DNA of 64,000 nucleotides from Candidatus Falkowbacteria bacterium (GCA_037137655.1 JBAXJX010000001.1:417624-481623), one strand, 5' to 3'; shown: positions 1-8,580, numbered from the stretch's first letter. Notes: generated from the letters alone by a model not told the origin. Made by a program: numbers and translations.

Positions 1-347
1 AAACGGGCACCAAGGACAAAGTGCCAAGTGCGCGCAAAACTAAGCACGAGCTTTGAGAGCGTCGATAAGGCATAACCAAAAGTGACAAAAATTTTGCGCT
101 GTCCCAATTTATCTGACAACCAACCAGAAACAACTTTAAGTAAACTAGCAGTCGAATCAGCCACACCCTCAATTAAACCAACAACCTGCATCGGCGCGCC
201 TAAAACCGTCGTTAAAAAAATCGGAATAATTGGGTAGACCATTTCCGAAGCGATATCATTAAACAAGCTAACCAATCCCATAAAAAAAACATTGCGCGGG
301 ATGACGGATTTTTTTACAGTCTCTTGTTGTTTGCTTTTTTTAAACAT
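1..347 (-). CDS. MFS transporter, N-terminal part (runs off window start)
   Basis: Reverse-strand translation from ATG at 345-347: MFKKSKQQETVKKSVIPRNVFFMGLVSLFNDIASEMVYPIIPIFL...SGWLSDKLGQRKIF (MFS motif A G-x-L-a-D-r-x-G-r-k); hydrophobic TM segments; not in ORF track because it is unterminated. Confidence 0.6.
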   Translation of the reverse strand, partial: MFKKSKQQETVKKSVIPRNVFFMGLVSLFNDIASEMVYPIIPIFLTTVLGAPMQVVGLIEGVADSTASLLKVVSGWLSDKLGQRKIFVTFGYALSTLSKLVLSFARTWHFVLGAR

Positions 348-452
348 AATTTTTTATTATTCAGTGACTTAATTTTATCATTTATTAGCCAAGATAACAA
401 ATAAAAAAGGATGAGCATTATTTTGCTCACCCTTATAAAAATAAATTTAATC

Positions 453-1304
453 TTAAAATAAACTCGTGCCACGTAAAACATCAACCATGGAGAAAGCTTC
501 GCCAAAAGCACCACCAACTTCCTCAACCTTAGCCAAGAAGCGAATAGCATCCATCACACCACTAATGTAGGCTTGTCCGCCATTAACATTGTGCTTGAAT
601 TCCAAAAAAACGCTGCCATCTTGTTTTTCGATCGAATAAGTATGCCATCCATGTCGTCCTCGATGATCCACTGGAACACCAAAAATATCATGTTCTTCCT
701 CAGTCCGCATCTTTTTTATTTCTTCTTTAACAAAAGGAAGGCCCAATTTATTAAAAAATTTAATAAGACTTATAGCTGTACCGCTAGGATCTTTTTTAGT
801 GCCCTGGTGACTTTCAACTATTTTTAGACTACAACCTTTGAAGGCGTCTGGAAAATTTGTGGCCGCATATTCAATCATCGCCATCATAGCCACTACTTCT
901 TTGGCCATGTTTGAAGCAATTACCGCATTCAGAGAATTACCTTTCATTAAACGCTTAATGTAATCATCTAAACCGTCAAACTCACCAAAAGTTGTTCCAA
1001 GAACAAAAGGCCAGTGATTTTCCAAATAAAAATCAAAGTTATCTTTCACGGCCACCGGAGCAGTAAAATCAACTACGATATCCGGCTGCTTCCCGTGTAA
1101 TACTTCAATCAATTTAGCGCGCTCGCTAAAATGAAAAAGCTTGATGGTCATACCATCGCAAACGATACTTTTAATAGTAATTTCTGGACCAGTCAAGCCA
1201 AATGGAATTAACTCTAAATCGTCCGAATTAATAATTTCCAAGGCAATTTGCCAAGCCATTTTTCCCGGCAAACCATTTACCAGAACTCTAGTTTTTCTCT
1301 TCAT
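453..1304 (-). CDS. dapB: 4-hydroxy-tetrahydrodipicolinate reductase (DapB)-like
   Basis: N-terminal Rossmann VLVNGLPGKMA (cf. VNGxxGKMG), C-terminal ESHQGTKKDPSGTAISL matches DapB E-x-HH-x-K-x-DAPSGTA motif; start taken at internal MKRKTRVLVNG (ATG 1304) rather than ORF-track 1334. Confidence 0.65.
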   Translation of the reverse strand: MKRKTRVLVNGLPGKMAWQIALEIINSDDLELIPFGLTGPEITIKSIVCDGMTIKLFHFSERAKLIEVLHGKQPDIVVDFTAPVAVKDNFDFYLENHWPFVLGTTFGEFDGLDDYIKRLMKGNSLNAVIASNMAKEVVAMMAMIEYAATNFPDAFKGCSLKIVESHQGTKKDPSGTAISLIKFFNKLGLPFVKEEIKKMRTEEEHDIFGVPVDHRGRHGWHTYSIEKQDGSVFLEFKHNVNGGQAYISGVMDAIRFLAKVEEVGGAFGEAFSMVDVLRGTSLF

Positions 1305-1349
1305 AAATAACAAATTTAAATTGTGAATGTTCAATTAATGTAATACCAG

Positions 1350-1378
1350 AAATTAACAAATTTTGGAGTAATAGTCAA
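1350..1378 (-). promoter_or_regulatory. sigma70-like promoter TTGACT-N17-TAATTT upstream of dapB-like gene; part of conserved ~75-nt upstream module
   Basis: rc of 1373-1378 = TTGACT, rc of 1350-1355 = TAATTT, 17-nt spacer; module repeated at 6136-6212. Confidence 0.5.
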
Positions 1379-1441
1379 GAGGTGATGGGAAATAAATAGG
1401 AAATAAAAAAGAGCTCCATTTTATTGGAGCTCTAAAATTTA

Positions 1442-2209
1442 TTAATCTTTTTTTAATAAAGCGTCTAGTGCTTCAAAATTTTTACTGGGCATAATTTCAA
1501 TTTTATAATATTTGCTATTTTTCCAGAATATTTTGTAAGCCTTAGCTGCTTTTTGAGATTTAATTATTCTATATTTATCATCAATAATTTCAATAGCACA
1601 ACAATTATCTAGAGCAATTGCTATTCCTGAAGTTTTAGCCATCATAGCTTTTAAACTCGCCGGGCGATCAATTTCTTTATCGTAATGTGGACACAATAAA
1701 GCATCTACAAAATTTAGAGAATTAACTTTAATTAATTTGGCAGCCTGGTTTTTAAATTTTAAAGAATCACTATTACCACAACGAAACCAACAAATCGCTC
1801 CAGCACTAACACCAGACATAACTACGCCACGCTTATAAGCTTCGGCTAAAATTTTATCAACACCAAGACGACGCCAAATTTTCATCATTTTTAAAGTGTT
1901 GCCACCGCCGACATAAACGATATCGGTATTTAAAATTTTATCTTTAATTTCTTTTACGGTTAATTTATTGGCAATTAGATTTAAAACATCAACCTGGCAT
2001 TTCAATTTAGCCCCAAAATATTTTTTAACGGTAGCAAAATAGCCATCAGAATCACCGCTGGCCGTCGGAATAAATAATAGCTTTGGATTTGTCTTGCCAC
2101 TTGATTTAATTATTTCACGGTCAATGGCGCACGTCTCTATTTTTGTCCCCGGGCGACCAATTTCACCACCGCCAATAGCAATAATCTTTTTCATATTTTT
2201 ACTTTTCAT
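1442..2209 (-). CDS. pepE: peptidase E / S51 family dipeptidase (cyanophycinase-like)
   Basis: KKIIAIGGGEIG...LLFIPTASGDS...VYVGGGNT...MSGVSAGAICW pattern typical of S51 peptidase E (Ser nucleophile in GxSAG); alternative start ATG 2194. Confidence 0.7.
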   Translation of the reverse strand: MKSKNMKKIIAIGGGEIGRPGTKIETCAIDREIIKSSGKTNPKLLFIPTASGDSDGYFATVKKYFGAKLKCQVDVLNLIANKLTVKEIKDKILNTDIVYVGGGNTLKMMKIWRRLGVDKILAEAYKRGVVMSGVSAGAICWFRCGNSDSLKFKNQAAKLIKVNSLNFVDALLCPHYDKEIDRPASLKAMMAKTSGIAIALDNCCAIEIIDDKYRIIKSQKAAKAYKIFWKNSKYYKIEIMPSKNFEALDALLKKD

Positions 2210-2291
2210 AACTTAATTATACAAATATAATAGCATGAAAAATAAAAAACCCCCAAATTATATCAATAATTCAGGGGTTGTAAAAAAAAAT

Positions 2292-3596
2292 TTAAGGGAA
2301 TAAACGATTTGGACCACGATACAAATATGTAACCTCTCTCACGTTTTTTAATCCCAGCAGCAACATCAGCATTCTAGTTAGACCAAAACCAAATCCTCCA
2401 TGCGGTGGAACACCATATCGGAAAAAATCCAAATAGAACCCAATAGACTCTAGCGGAATTTTTTTCTCCACAGCTTGAGCTGAAAGAATCTCAACTCTAT
2501 GCTCCCTTTGGGCGCCAGTGGTAACTTCTAAACCTTTAAATAAAAGGTCAAAGCTTTTGGTTGTACCATCAGCGTTTCTCATATGGTAAAAAGGTCGAAT
2601 ACTTTTTGGATAGCCAGTTACAAACATAAATTCATGATTTAAATTTGTCTTGACATATTCATACAATATTCTTTCACCATCAGGATCAAGCTCACCTTCG
2701 TATTCTAGTGGAATTACATGACCAGTAGCTTTAACAATTTCCAGAGCTTCTTTCATATCAATCCTTGGAAATGGCAAAGATGGAACAATAATTTCAACGC
2801 CAAATACTTCTTTAATAGTATCACCTAACTGAATTTTAATTTTTTCCATTGTATATGCAAGCCAAGACTCTTCAAGTGCCATCACATCTTCATGTGACTC
2901 TACCCAAGATATTTCAGCATCTATACTAGTAAATTCAGTATCATGTCTTGATGTAAATGAGGGATTAGCTCTAAAAACTGGACCAATCTCAAACACTTTA
3001 TCAAACCCAGCGGCCATAGCCATCTGCTTGTAGAATTGTGGACTTTGGGCTAAATATGCCGTTGTGTTAAAATACTTAACAGAAAATAATTCAGCACCAG
3101 ATTCACTAGCGGCTCCGATAATTTTTGGCGAGTGTATTTCTATAAATTTATTATTTATAAAATATTCTCTCATTGCCATTTCCATCAGAGTTTGCATTCT
3201 AAATATTAATAAGTTTTTAGGCTTTCTTAAATCTAGAAAACGCCAGTCCAATCTATCCTGTAAAACAGCTGTATCATCTATTGGCAACGGCTTAGCCGAT
3301 ATAGACAGAATATTTATAGAGCTTGGGATAATTTCATAACCATTTAGCTTTACATAAGTATTGCTATTTAATATCCCGCAGACTTCTATAACTGATTCTG
3401 GGGTTAGACTCTTAATTAAAGACAATAAATAATTATTCTCTTCAATCTTTTGAACAAAAATCTGAACTTTTGCGTCACAATCTCTCATGACCATAAAAAT
3501 TGCATTTTTTTGATCACGAATACTATCCACAAATCCACGCACAAGAACTTCACTTCCGACCACGGAACTAAGTTCATTAATTTCAGTTTTTTTCAT
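2292..3596 (-). CDS. aspS: class IIb aminoacyl-tRNA synthetase, archaeal-type aspartyl-tRNA synthetase-like
   Basis: N-terminal OB anticodon-binding domain, motif 2 FRANPSFTSRHDTEF, motif 3 GGFGFGLTRMLMLLLGLKNVREV, C-terminal RLFP; start at internal MKKTEINEL (ATG 3596). Confidence 0.7.
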   Translation of the reverse strand: MKKTEINELSSVVGSEVLVRGFVDSIRDQKNAIFMVMRDCDAKVQIFVQKIEENNYLLSLIKSLTPESVIEVCGILNSNTYVKLNGYEIIPSSINILSISAKPLPIDDTAVLQDRLDWRFLDLRKPKNLLIFRMQTLMEMAMREYFINNKFIEIHSPKIIGAASESGAELFSVKYFNTTAYLAQSPQFYKQMAMAAGFDKVFEIGPVFRANPSFTSRHDTEFTSIDAEISWVESHEDVMALEESWLAYTMEKIKIQLGDTIKEVFGVEIIVPSLPFPRIDMKEALEIVKATGHVIPLEYEGELDPDGERILYEYVKTNLNHEFMFVTGYPKSIRPFYHMRNADGTTKSFDLLFKGLEVTTGAQREHRVEILSAQAVEKKIPLESIGFYLDFFRYGVPPHGGFGFGLTRMLMLLLGLKNVREVTYLYRGPNRLFP

Positions 3597-3619
3597 GATT
3601 AAAAAAATTAGGTTAAAAA

Positions 3620-4942
3620 CTAAGGCATAATATTTCGTCTTACAACTCTTGGATAAGGGATGCAATCACGAACATGAGGAATGTTTAATAGCCAGCGCAT
3701 AAGCCTTTCTAGGCCCATACCAAAAGCTATATGAGGAACAGAACCAAATTGATGAACATCTTTAACAAATCCGTAAATTGGATCATTTTCTTTATTTTTT
3801 TCAGACATTCTCTCTTTAAGCATTACAAAATCACTTATTTTTTCAGCAACGCCAAGTAACTCGCCATAACCATTATTAGCTATAAGATCAGCAACCATTG
3901 TTAATTCGGTGTCATTTTGATCGATGCAGTAAGGAAATGGTTCAATCTTTCTTGGTATCCCAACTATCCAAAAAGGACTGTCGTAATTTTTAGAAAGAAA
4001 TTCCTCTTCCTCACTACCAAGACCAACGCCAAAATCAATATCAAATCCACCATCTTTTAGTAGATTTATCGCGTCACGATAATCTAATCTTGGAAATGGC
4101 ACATTCAAACCAGATAAAGTTAACTCCTTGCCGATAATTGAAATTAAATCTTTTGATTTTTTTTCCAACTCTTTCGTAACATAAGAAATAACATCTTCTA
4201 CAATACGAATTATATCTTCACGATCACCCCAAGCTAGTTCGGCTTTAATGTGCCAATACTCAATTAAGTGACGTTTACTTCGGGACTCCTCACCTCTAAA
4301 GCTCGGGCCCATATTGTAAACTTTTTCGAAAGCATGCACTGACGCCTCCAAATAAAAACCAGCGCACTGTGACAAATAGACATCCTCTTTACGAATCTTA
4401 ACTCCAATGGCCGTAGAACCATCATACAATGGCGCTGGAACCAAAATCGGAGCATCTATCTCCGTATAACCATTTTGCTCGAACCATCCCTGTAAAATAT
4501 TTTTTAACAGATTGCGGAATCTTAGAATGGCCATAACTTTAGGATTACGAATATATAAATGACGATATCGCAACAAATTATCAGTTAAGCTTTCGTCAAA
4601 AATATCAATATCGCTATGTGGAGATGGTGAAATTTCAATATCAACATTACCGATCAAAGTAACGTCCGACACTATAACTTCCAAAGATCCATCTTTTGCG
4701 CTGGGAGTTAACACCCCAAAAATCGAAACGGCTGACTCAATTCTAAGCGCCGAAGACAAACTAAAACAATTTTGTGACACCAGGTCACGATTAATTACAA
4801 CTTGAACGACACCAGTGGAATCACAAACATCAAGAAAAATAGTTTTCTTATGCATTCTCTTTCCAGTGACCCATCCCAACACTTCCAACTTTTGACCAAT
4901 CAACTTTTGATCACTCAAAGAATTAATAAACAAACCTTTCAT
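3620..4942 (-). CDS. asnS: class IIb aminoacyl-tRNA synthetase, asparaginyl-tRNA synthetase-like
   Basis: N-terminal LEVLGWVTGKRMHKKTIFLDVCDSTGVVQVVINRD resembles AsnRS OB domain; motif 2 FRGEESRSKRHLIEYWHIKAE, motif 3 AFGMGLERLMRWLLNIPHVRDCIPYPR. Confidence 0.65.
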   Translation of the reverse strand: MKGLFINSLSDQKLIGQKLEVLGWVTGKRMHKKTIFLDVCDSTGVVQVVINRDLVSQNCFSLSSALRIESAVSIFGVLTPSAKDGSLEVIVSDVTLIGNVDIEISPSPHSDIDIFDESLTDNLLRYRHLYIRNPKVMAILRFRNLLKNILQGWFEQNGYTEIDAPILVPAPLYDGSTAIGVKIRKEDVYLSQCAGFYLEASVHAFEKVYNMGPSFRGEESRSKRHLIEYWHIKAELAWGDREDIIRIVEDVISYVTKELEKKSKDLISIIGKELTLSGLNVPFPRLDYRDAINLLKDGGFDIDFGVGLGSEEEEFLSKNYDSPFWIVGIPRKIEPFPYCIDQNDTELTMVADLIANNGYGELLGVAEKISDFVMLKERMSEKNKENDPIYGFVKDVHQFGSVPHIAFGMGLERLMRWLLNIPHVRDCIPYPRVVRRNIMP

Positions 4943-5056
4943 ACCAAATAACCCTTTCTTTTTAATTTAAATTATTAAATAACTATCAAAAAACATTAAT
5001 ATTGAATTATCATTTATTTTTACAAATTTGTCAAGTTCTGGCGGAAAATCAATAAA

Positions 5057-5081
5057 AAAAGAAGGTTTCCCTTCTTTTATT
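5057..5081 (-). terminator. intrinsic terminator hairpin downstream of amidohydrolase gene
   Basis: AAGAAGG-TTTC-CCTTCTT hairpin flanked by A-run/T-run (aaaaaaagaaggtttcccttcttttat). Confidence 0.55.
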
Positions 5082-5089
5082 GTTTTAAT

Positions 5090-6106
5090 TTAAAACTTGT
5101 AGACATTTTTAGCTGTTACACAAAAAACATTCTCTCTTATATAGTAATTATTATTACTCTTATTTTTTTCGATAGCCATCTTTATAGCACTTAATGACTG
5201 CCAATGAAAGTGTGTAGAGTTAAGAGATAAATGTTTAAAATCATTAAATTCACCATCGTTAAGCCAGTGGTATTTAAATTCAGACACCACTCTTTGGCCT
5301 AATTTGGGATGGCAATATTTTACACCGCGAATCATATTGATCGGTTCATCAGATCCAAACATAATTCTTTCTTCACCAAAGTATTTCAAGGCAAAATATA
5401 TCGGCAAATAAGAAGTGACCATAGAAGTATCCATAAATAAGTTTTCATAAACTGAAAGTTTTTTATAAATATCTTCAAGGTGTTTATCATCATAATCTGG
5501 TAATCCAAGATGAGCTAGAACCACAATCAACTCAGGAAAATCTTTTAGCAATAGCAACAAATCAGAAATTGATTTTGATATTGATATTGGCAAATGAAGA
5601 ATTATTGGAATTTTTAACGATTGAGCTTCCTCTAATATATCCCTGGTAAAAAATTGATAAATATTTAACGAAATCGGATTAGTGGAAGCATGGTACATCT
5701 TTACTGCGGAAAATTTTTTCTCATTAATCATTTTTATAACATAATCACTATTACTAGGAATTCCAAACACCGCCAACTTATTTCCACTATCAACATTGTC
5801 AAACAAATATTTATTAGCACCCACATAATCAATTCCGAGAAATGGATACGGAAAAAATAGTTTCTTCACATTCTTTTCTGGAAACAATAAATTATTTAAG
5901 ACGCTCGATTGAAGCAGACTAATATTTTCAAAAGTAAAAGCCATGTGATTACGACTTCTTTCGCTAATACTATTTGAAAATTCAGGTAAATTAACATGAC
6001 AATGACAATCTATAATATTATCCGGCAGCCAATCCATAAACTTCTGACGCAAATCAATCTCACGCTTGTTAAATTTAAGGGAATAATCCCAATAATTGTT
6101 ACTCAT
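5090..6106 (-). CDS. amidohydrolase-family (TIM-barrel metal-dependent hydrolase) protein
   Basis: DCHCHVNLPE metal-binding signature near N-terminus typical of amidohydrolase_2 family; start at internal MSNNYWDY (ATG 6106) preceded by AGGAGAT RBS. Confidence 0.55.
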   Translation of the reverse strand: MSNNYWDYSLKFNKREIDLRQKFMDWLPDNIIDCHCHVNLPEFSNSISERSRNHMAFTFENISLLQSSVLNNLLFPEKNVKKLFFPYPFLGIDYVGANKYLFDNVDSGNKLAVFGIPSNSDYVIKMINEKKFSAVKMYHASTNPISLNIYQFFTRDILEEAQSLKIPIILHLPISISKSISDLLLLLKDFPELIVVLAHLGLPDYDDKHLEDIYKKLSVYENLFMDTSMVTSYLPIYFALKYFGEERIMFGSDEPINMIRGVKYCHPKLGQRVVSEFKYHWLNDGEFNDFKHLSLNSTHFHWQSLSAIKMAIEKNKSNNNYYIRENVFCVTAKNVYKF

Positions 6107-6160
6107 AATTATCTCCTTTCTTTTTTTTAAATTGTAAATGTTCATTAAACTTAATACCAA

Positions 6161-6189
6161 AAATTAACAAAATTTGGTGTAACAGTCAA
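6161..6189 (-). promoter_or_regulatory. sigma70-like promoter TTGACT-N17-TAATTT upstream of amidohydrolase gene; second copy of conserved ~75-nt module
   Basis: rc 6184-6189 TTGACT, rc 6161-6166 TAATTT, 17-nt spacer; ~80% identical to 1327-1400. Confidence 0.5.
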
Positions 6190-6245
6190 GGGGTGACGGG
6201 AAATAAAAAAGGAGATAAATTAATATCTCCTTTGCACCAACCTGA

Positions 6246-6806
6246 CTATCTTAGTTGTGGTTCCCTGGCTACTAAACCACCGGGCAGCTTTTCTTTTATC
6301 TTGTTTAAGATCTTTTTTACCCAACTAATCTTTGGCGGTTTTGGCGTACACGATCCAAAAAAAATACTGAAAAATCCAAAAATATAAGCTACTATCTGAA
6401 AACCAAATTCCAAAAACTTATATTTATTAACGGCCTCAGATAAAAATAATGAATTGAAGGCACCATAAATAATAAATGGCGTAAGAACAATCGCAAGTAT
6501 TCTCGCAAATGACAAAAAATAAAATCCAAAACCAAGTAAGCCAGTATTATTTGTCCATGATCTTTCTGCGGTTCTTAAAAAAAACCAAAGGTAAAGAAGT
6601 CCTAAAAAAACAAATATAACTCCACTTAGATATACTAACGACATCACCTCATTAATCAAGTGTGCTTTAACGGAGCACATGCGCAAAGTTAATGACACAA
6701 CAATCATTAGTCTGGCCAAGGAAAAACAGTTTATACCAAATAAAAATTGAATCTTATCGGCTATTAATTGAAACTGCCTTAACAAATAATCATCTACCTC
6801 TCTCAT
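6246..6806 (-). CDS. hypothetical integral membrane protein
   Basis: 186-aa ORF with 4-5 hydrophobic segments; no recognisable motif. Confidence 0.5.
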   Translation of the reverse strand: MREVDDYLLRQFQLIADKIQFLFGINCFSLARLMIVVSLTLRMCSVKAHLINEVMSLVYLSGVIFVFLGLLYLWFFLRTAERSWTNNTGLLGFGFYFLSFARILAIVLTPFIIYGAFNSLFLSEAVNKYKFLEFGFQIVAYIFGFFSIFFGSCTPKPPKISWVKKILNKIKEKLPGGLVAREPQLR

Positions 6807-6839
6807 CTTTTAAATTTTTAAAGTTTCAACTAAATTAAT

Positions 6840-7568
6840 TTAAATTTTGTACAACTTTTTAAAGTTTTCAATTTCTATAACGCCTTGTTCGCCAAAATTT
6901 CTACTCTTCTTTACTTCATCAATATTTTTCTCCAATAAACTTCTTAACGTATCAACGTCGGCTCTTATCAAGCAATTTAAAGTTCGAACAGAAAAACCAA
7001 GATCGGACACATTTATATCCATAACATCGTCAATTGTTTTATTGGCAATTAAATTTCCAGCCCTTAATTCATTTAACAATGTAAATTTTAATCTATCGGC
7101 AAAATTTGCGATAGCGGTGTCCCAAGACTTTAATGCGTTATCTAATCCAAACTCCTTGGCAACGTCCTTAACTTTGGCCACACCACCATTATACTCGGTC
7201 TTATAGGCAAATGTTAATAAGGCCACGCGATCCGCCGGCAATCCGGAAAATGCATCTAATATAAATTTGTTAATTTGATCTTCATGAACATTTTCTATCA
7301 ACATGCTCAAACCTGACAGACGACGCTTCACTCTATCAATTAACAATTTCGGTAAATTATGTTTAATGCCATCAAAAGCACTTATCTTAGCCTCGTCAAA
7401 TTTACCAGCGTTAACAGTTAATTTTCCAGAGTTAGAAAAATCACGCAAATCAGGCAAGCTAATTTGATTAGTTAGTTCATATCCGCTAGATTTTAATAAA
7501 TCAGCAACAGCTTTGTTAATATCTTTAAGATCTAAAGAAAAAACGAATTTTCTAGACACGACTTTCAT
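6840..7568 (-). CDS. hypothetical protein with C-terminal RNA polymerase alpha-subunit CTD-like (HhH) domain
   Basis: C-terminal LGFSVRTLNCLIRADVDTLRSLLEKNIDEVKKSRNFGEQGVIEI aligns with E. coli alpha-CTD [23 protein letters not shown]...KTPNLGKKSLTEIKDVL; N-terminal 180 aa unrecognised. Confidence 0.6.
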   Translation of the reverse strand: MKVVSRKFVFSLDLKDINKAVADLLKSSGYELTNQISLPDLRDFSNSGKLTVNAGKFDEAKISAFDGIKHNLPKLLIDRVKRRLSGLSMLIENVHEDQINKFILDAFSGLPADRVALLTFAYKTEYNGGVAKVKDVAKEFGLDNALKSWDTAIANFADRLKFTLLNELRAGNLIANKTIDDVMDINVSDLGFSVRTLNCLIRADVDTLRSLLEKNIDEVKKSRNFGEQGVIEIENFKKLYKI

Positions 7569-7653
7569 ATCAAGTAGGTTTTTAGGTTTATATTGTTAAG
7601 GGACAAAATTAATATAAAAAATTACCACATCTATTAATTCATGTCAATATCGC

Positions 7654-7684
7654 ACAAAAAAAGAGGCCAAATCGGCCTCTCTTT
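7654..7684. terminator. bidirectional intrinsic terminator
   Basis: aaaaaaAGAGGCC-aaatc-GGCCTCTctttaaa perfect 7-bp hairpin flanked by A-run and T-rich. Confidence 0.6.
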
Positions 7685-7697
7685 AAATACTTATTTT

Positions 7698-7940
7698 TTA
7701 TTCTCTTTCCACGATAATTGTACACTTATTAATCAAAGCGGCGATCGTACCAATGGCTGCGAGCGCTGGCGCCACGATAGCTCCGATAGCGCCGATGGTC
7801 AATGGAATTTCCACCACAGTCTTCCCTTTTTCATTTTGAATAACAATGCGACGAACATTGCCCTCATGAATTAATTCTTTTACTTTTTTTAAAAGTTCAT
7901 CGCCCTTGATTTTAAATTCCTCTTTTTTGTTTTTCGCCAT
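7698..7940 (-). CDS. small conserved protein, DUF4342-like
   Basis: 80 aa; GNVRRIVIQNEKGKTVVEIPLTIGAIGAIVAPALAAIGTIAALINKCTIIVER pattern recalled for DUF4342 family. Confidence 0.55.
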   Translation of the reverse strand: MAKNKKEEFKIKGDELLKKVKELIHEGNVRRIVIQNEKGKTVVEIPLTIGAIGAIVAPALAAIGTIAALINKCTIIVERE

Positions 7941-7954
7941 AAAATTAAAAATTA

Positions 7955-8191
7955 TTATTTATGAAATAAATCTTTCGACTTCAATTTTAAGATTCCAAAA
8001 AGATAAATGATTTCCAAAATACCGAGAGTGTGGATAAATAAGAAAGCAACAAACCAAAGGTGTTGGCCGCGACGGGCGCTGTGCCACAAAGCGAGTGCTG
8101 CCCAAAAAAGACTCCACAACATTAACAAAGAAGTGATTGGCCAAAATGGATTAGACCAAGCTGGCATCATTGAATTAAAATTTGTCATCAT
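7955..8191 (-). CDS. small membrane protein (two TM helices)
   Basis: 78 aa, LWHSARRGQHLWFVAFLFIHTLGILEIIYL; own promoter and terminator. Confidence 0.5.
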   Translation of the reverse strand: MMTNFNSMMPAWSNPFWPITSLLMLWSLFWAALALWHSARRGQHLWFVAFLFIHTLGILEIIYLFGILKLKSKDLFHK

Positions 8192-8221
8192 AGTTTTTAT
8201 AATTTTATTATAATTATCTTA

Positions 8222-8250
8222 ATCTTAGCAAAAAATTAGCAAAATGTAAA
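8222..8250 (-). promoter_or_regulatory. promoter TTTACA-N17-TAAGAT for 7955..8191
   Basis: rc 8245-8250 TTTACA, rc 8222-8227 TAAGAT, 17-nt spacer. Confidence 0.45.
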
Positions 8251-8254
8251 TAAA

Positions 8255-8278
8255 AAAGCACCGGAGTTTGGTGCTTTT
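8255..8278 (-). terminator. intrinsic terminator (AAAGCACC...GGTGCTTT family)
   Basis: aaaaaaGCACCggagtttGGTGCtttt; similar stems at 8941-8965 and 9545-9578. Confidence 0.55.
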
Positions 8279-8507
8279 AATAAGTTTTACCGGCTGCATT
8301 TTTGTCAGCTGGTTTTTTGTAGTAGCTTTGGCCTTGATAATGACCTTGTTTGCAATAACCCTTGTCATTAAAACTGTGACCACAAATACAGCAATGCTTG
8401 TTGGGTGATTTATTAGAAAGCTTCTGCCAACCAGCAATTGGAGTTAAACTAATATTAGCATTCATAATACCAAAGTCCCTCCACGACTGTTTTAAATTGT
8501 TAAACAA
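8277..8507 (-). CDS. small Cys/His-rich hypothetical protein
   Basis: 76 aa; HCCICGHSFNDKGYCKQGHYQGQ; alternative start MNANISL. Confidence 0.4.
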   Translation of the reverse strand: MFNNLKQSWRDFGIMNANISLTPIAGWQKLSNKSPNKHCCICGHSFNDKGYCKQGHYQGQSYYKKPADKNAAGKTY

Positions 8508-8545
8508 AGAACTATTTTAGTACGAGAATCTTTATAACTAATTTA

Positions 8546-8574
8546 ATTTTAGCAAAAAAGTGGTGAAATGTAAA
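8546..8574 (-). promoter_or_regulatory. promoter TTTACA-N17-TAAAAT for 8277..8507
   Basis: rc 8569-8574 TTTACA, rc 8546-8551 TAAAAT, 17-nt spacer; same architecture as 8222-8250. Confidence 0.45.
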
Positions 8575-8580
8575 ATAAAA

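Noticed and set aside
314-550. 78-aa minus-strand ORF from the six-frame track
   Set aside because: Overlaps the real MFS-transporter N-terminus and dapB 3' end in AT-rich intergenic DNA; low-complexity translation; the true gene here is the unterminated MFS ORF 1..347
1327-1400. Riboswitch interpretation of the duplicated upstream module
   Set aside because: The conserved core maps onto -35/-10 hexamers with 17-nt spacing; too short and AT-rich for a known riboswitch aptamer; promoter module is the simpler explanation
3597-3665. N-terminal 23-aa extension of the AspRS-like ORF (MHPLSKSCKTKYYALVFNLIFLIM)
   Set aside because: Hydrophobic, non-conserved; homology to synthetase OB domain begins at MKKTEINEL; extension would overlap the asnS 3' end
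4264-4455. 63-aa minus-strand ORF inside asnS
   Set aside because: Alternative frame within a confidently assigned synthetase gene; no independent signals
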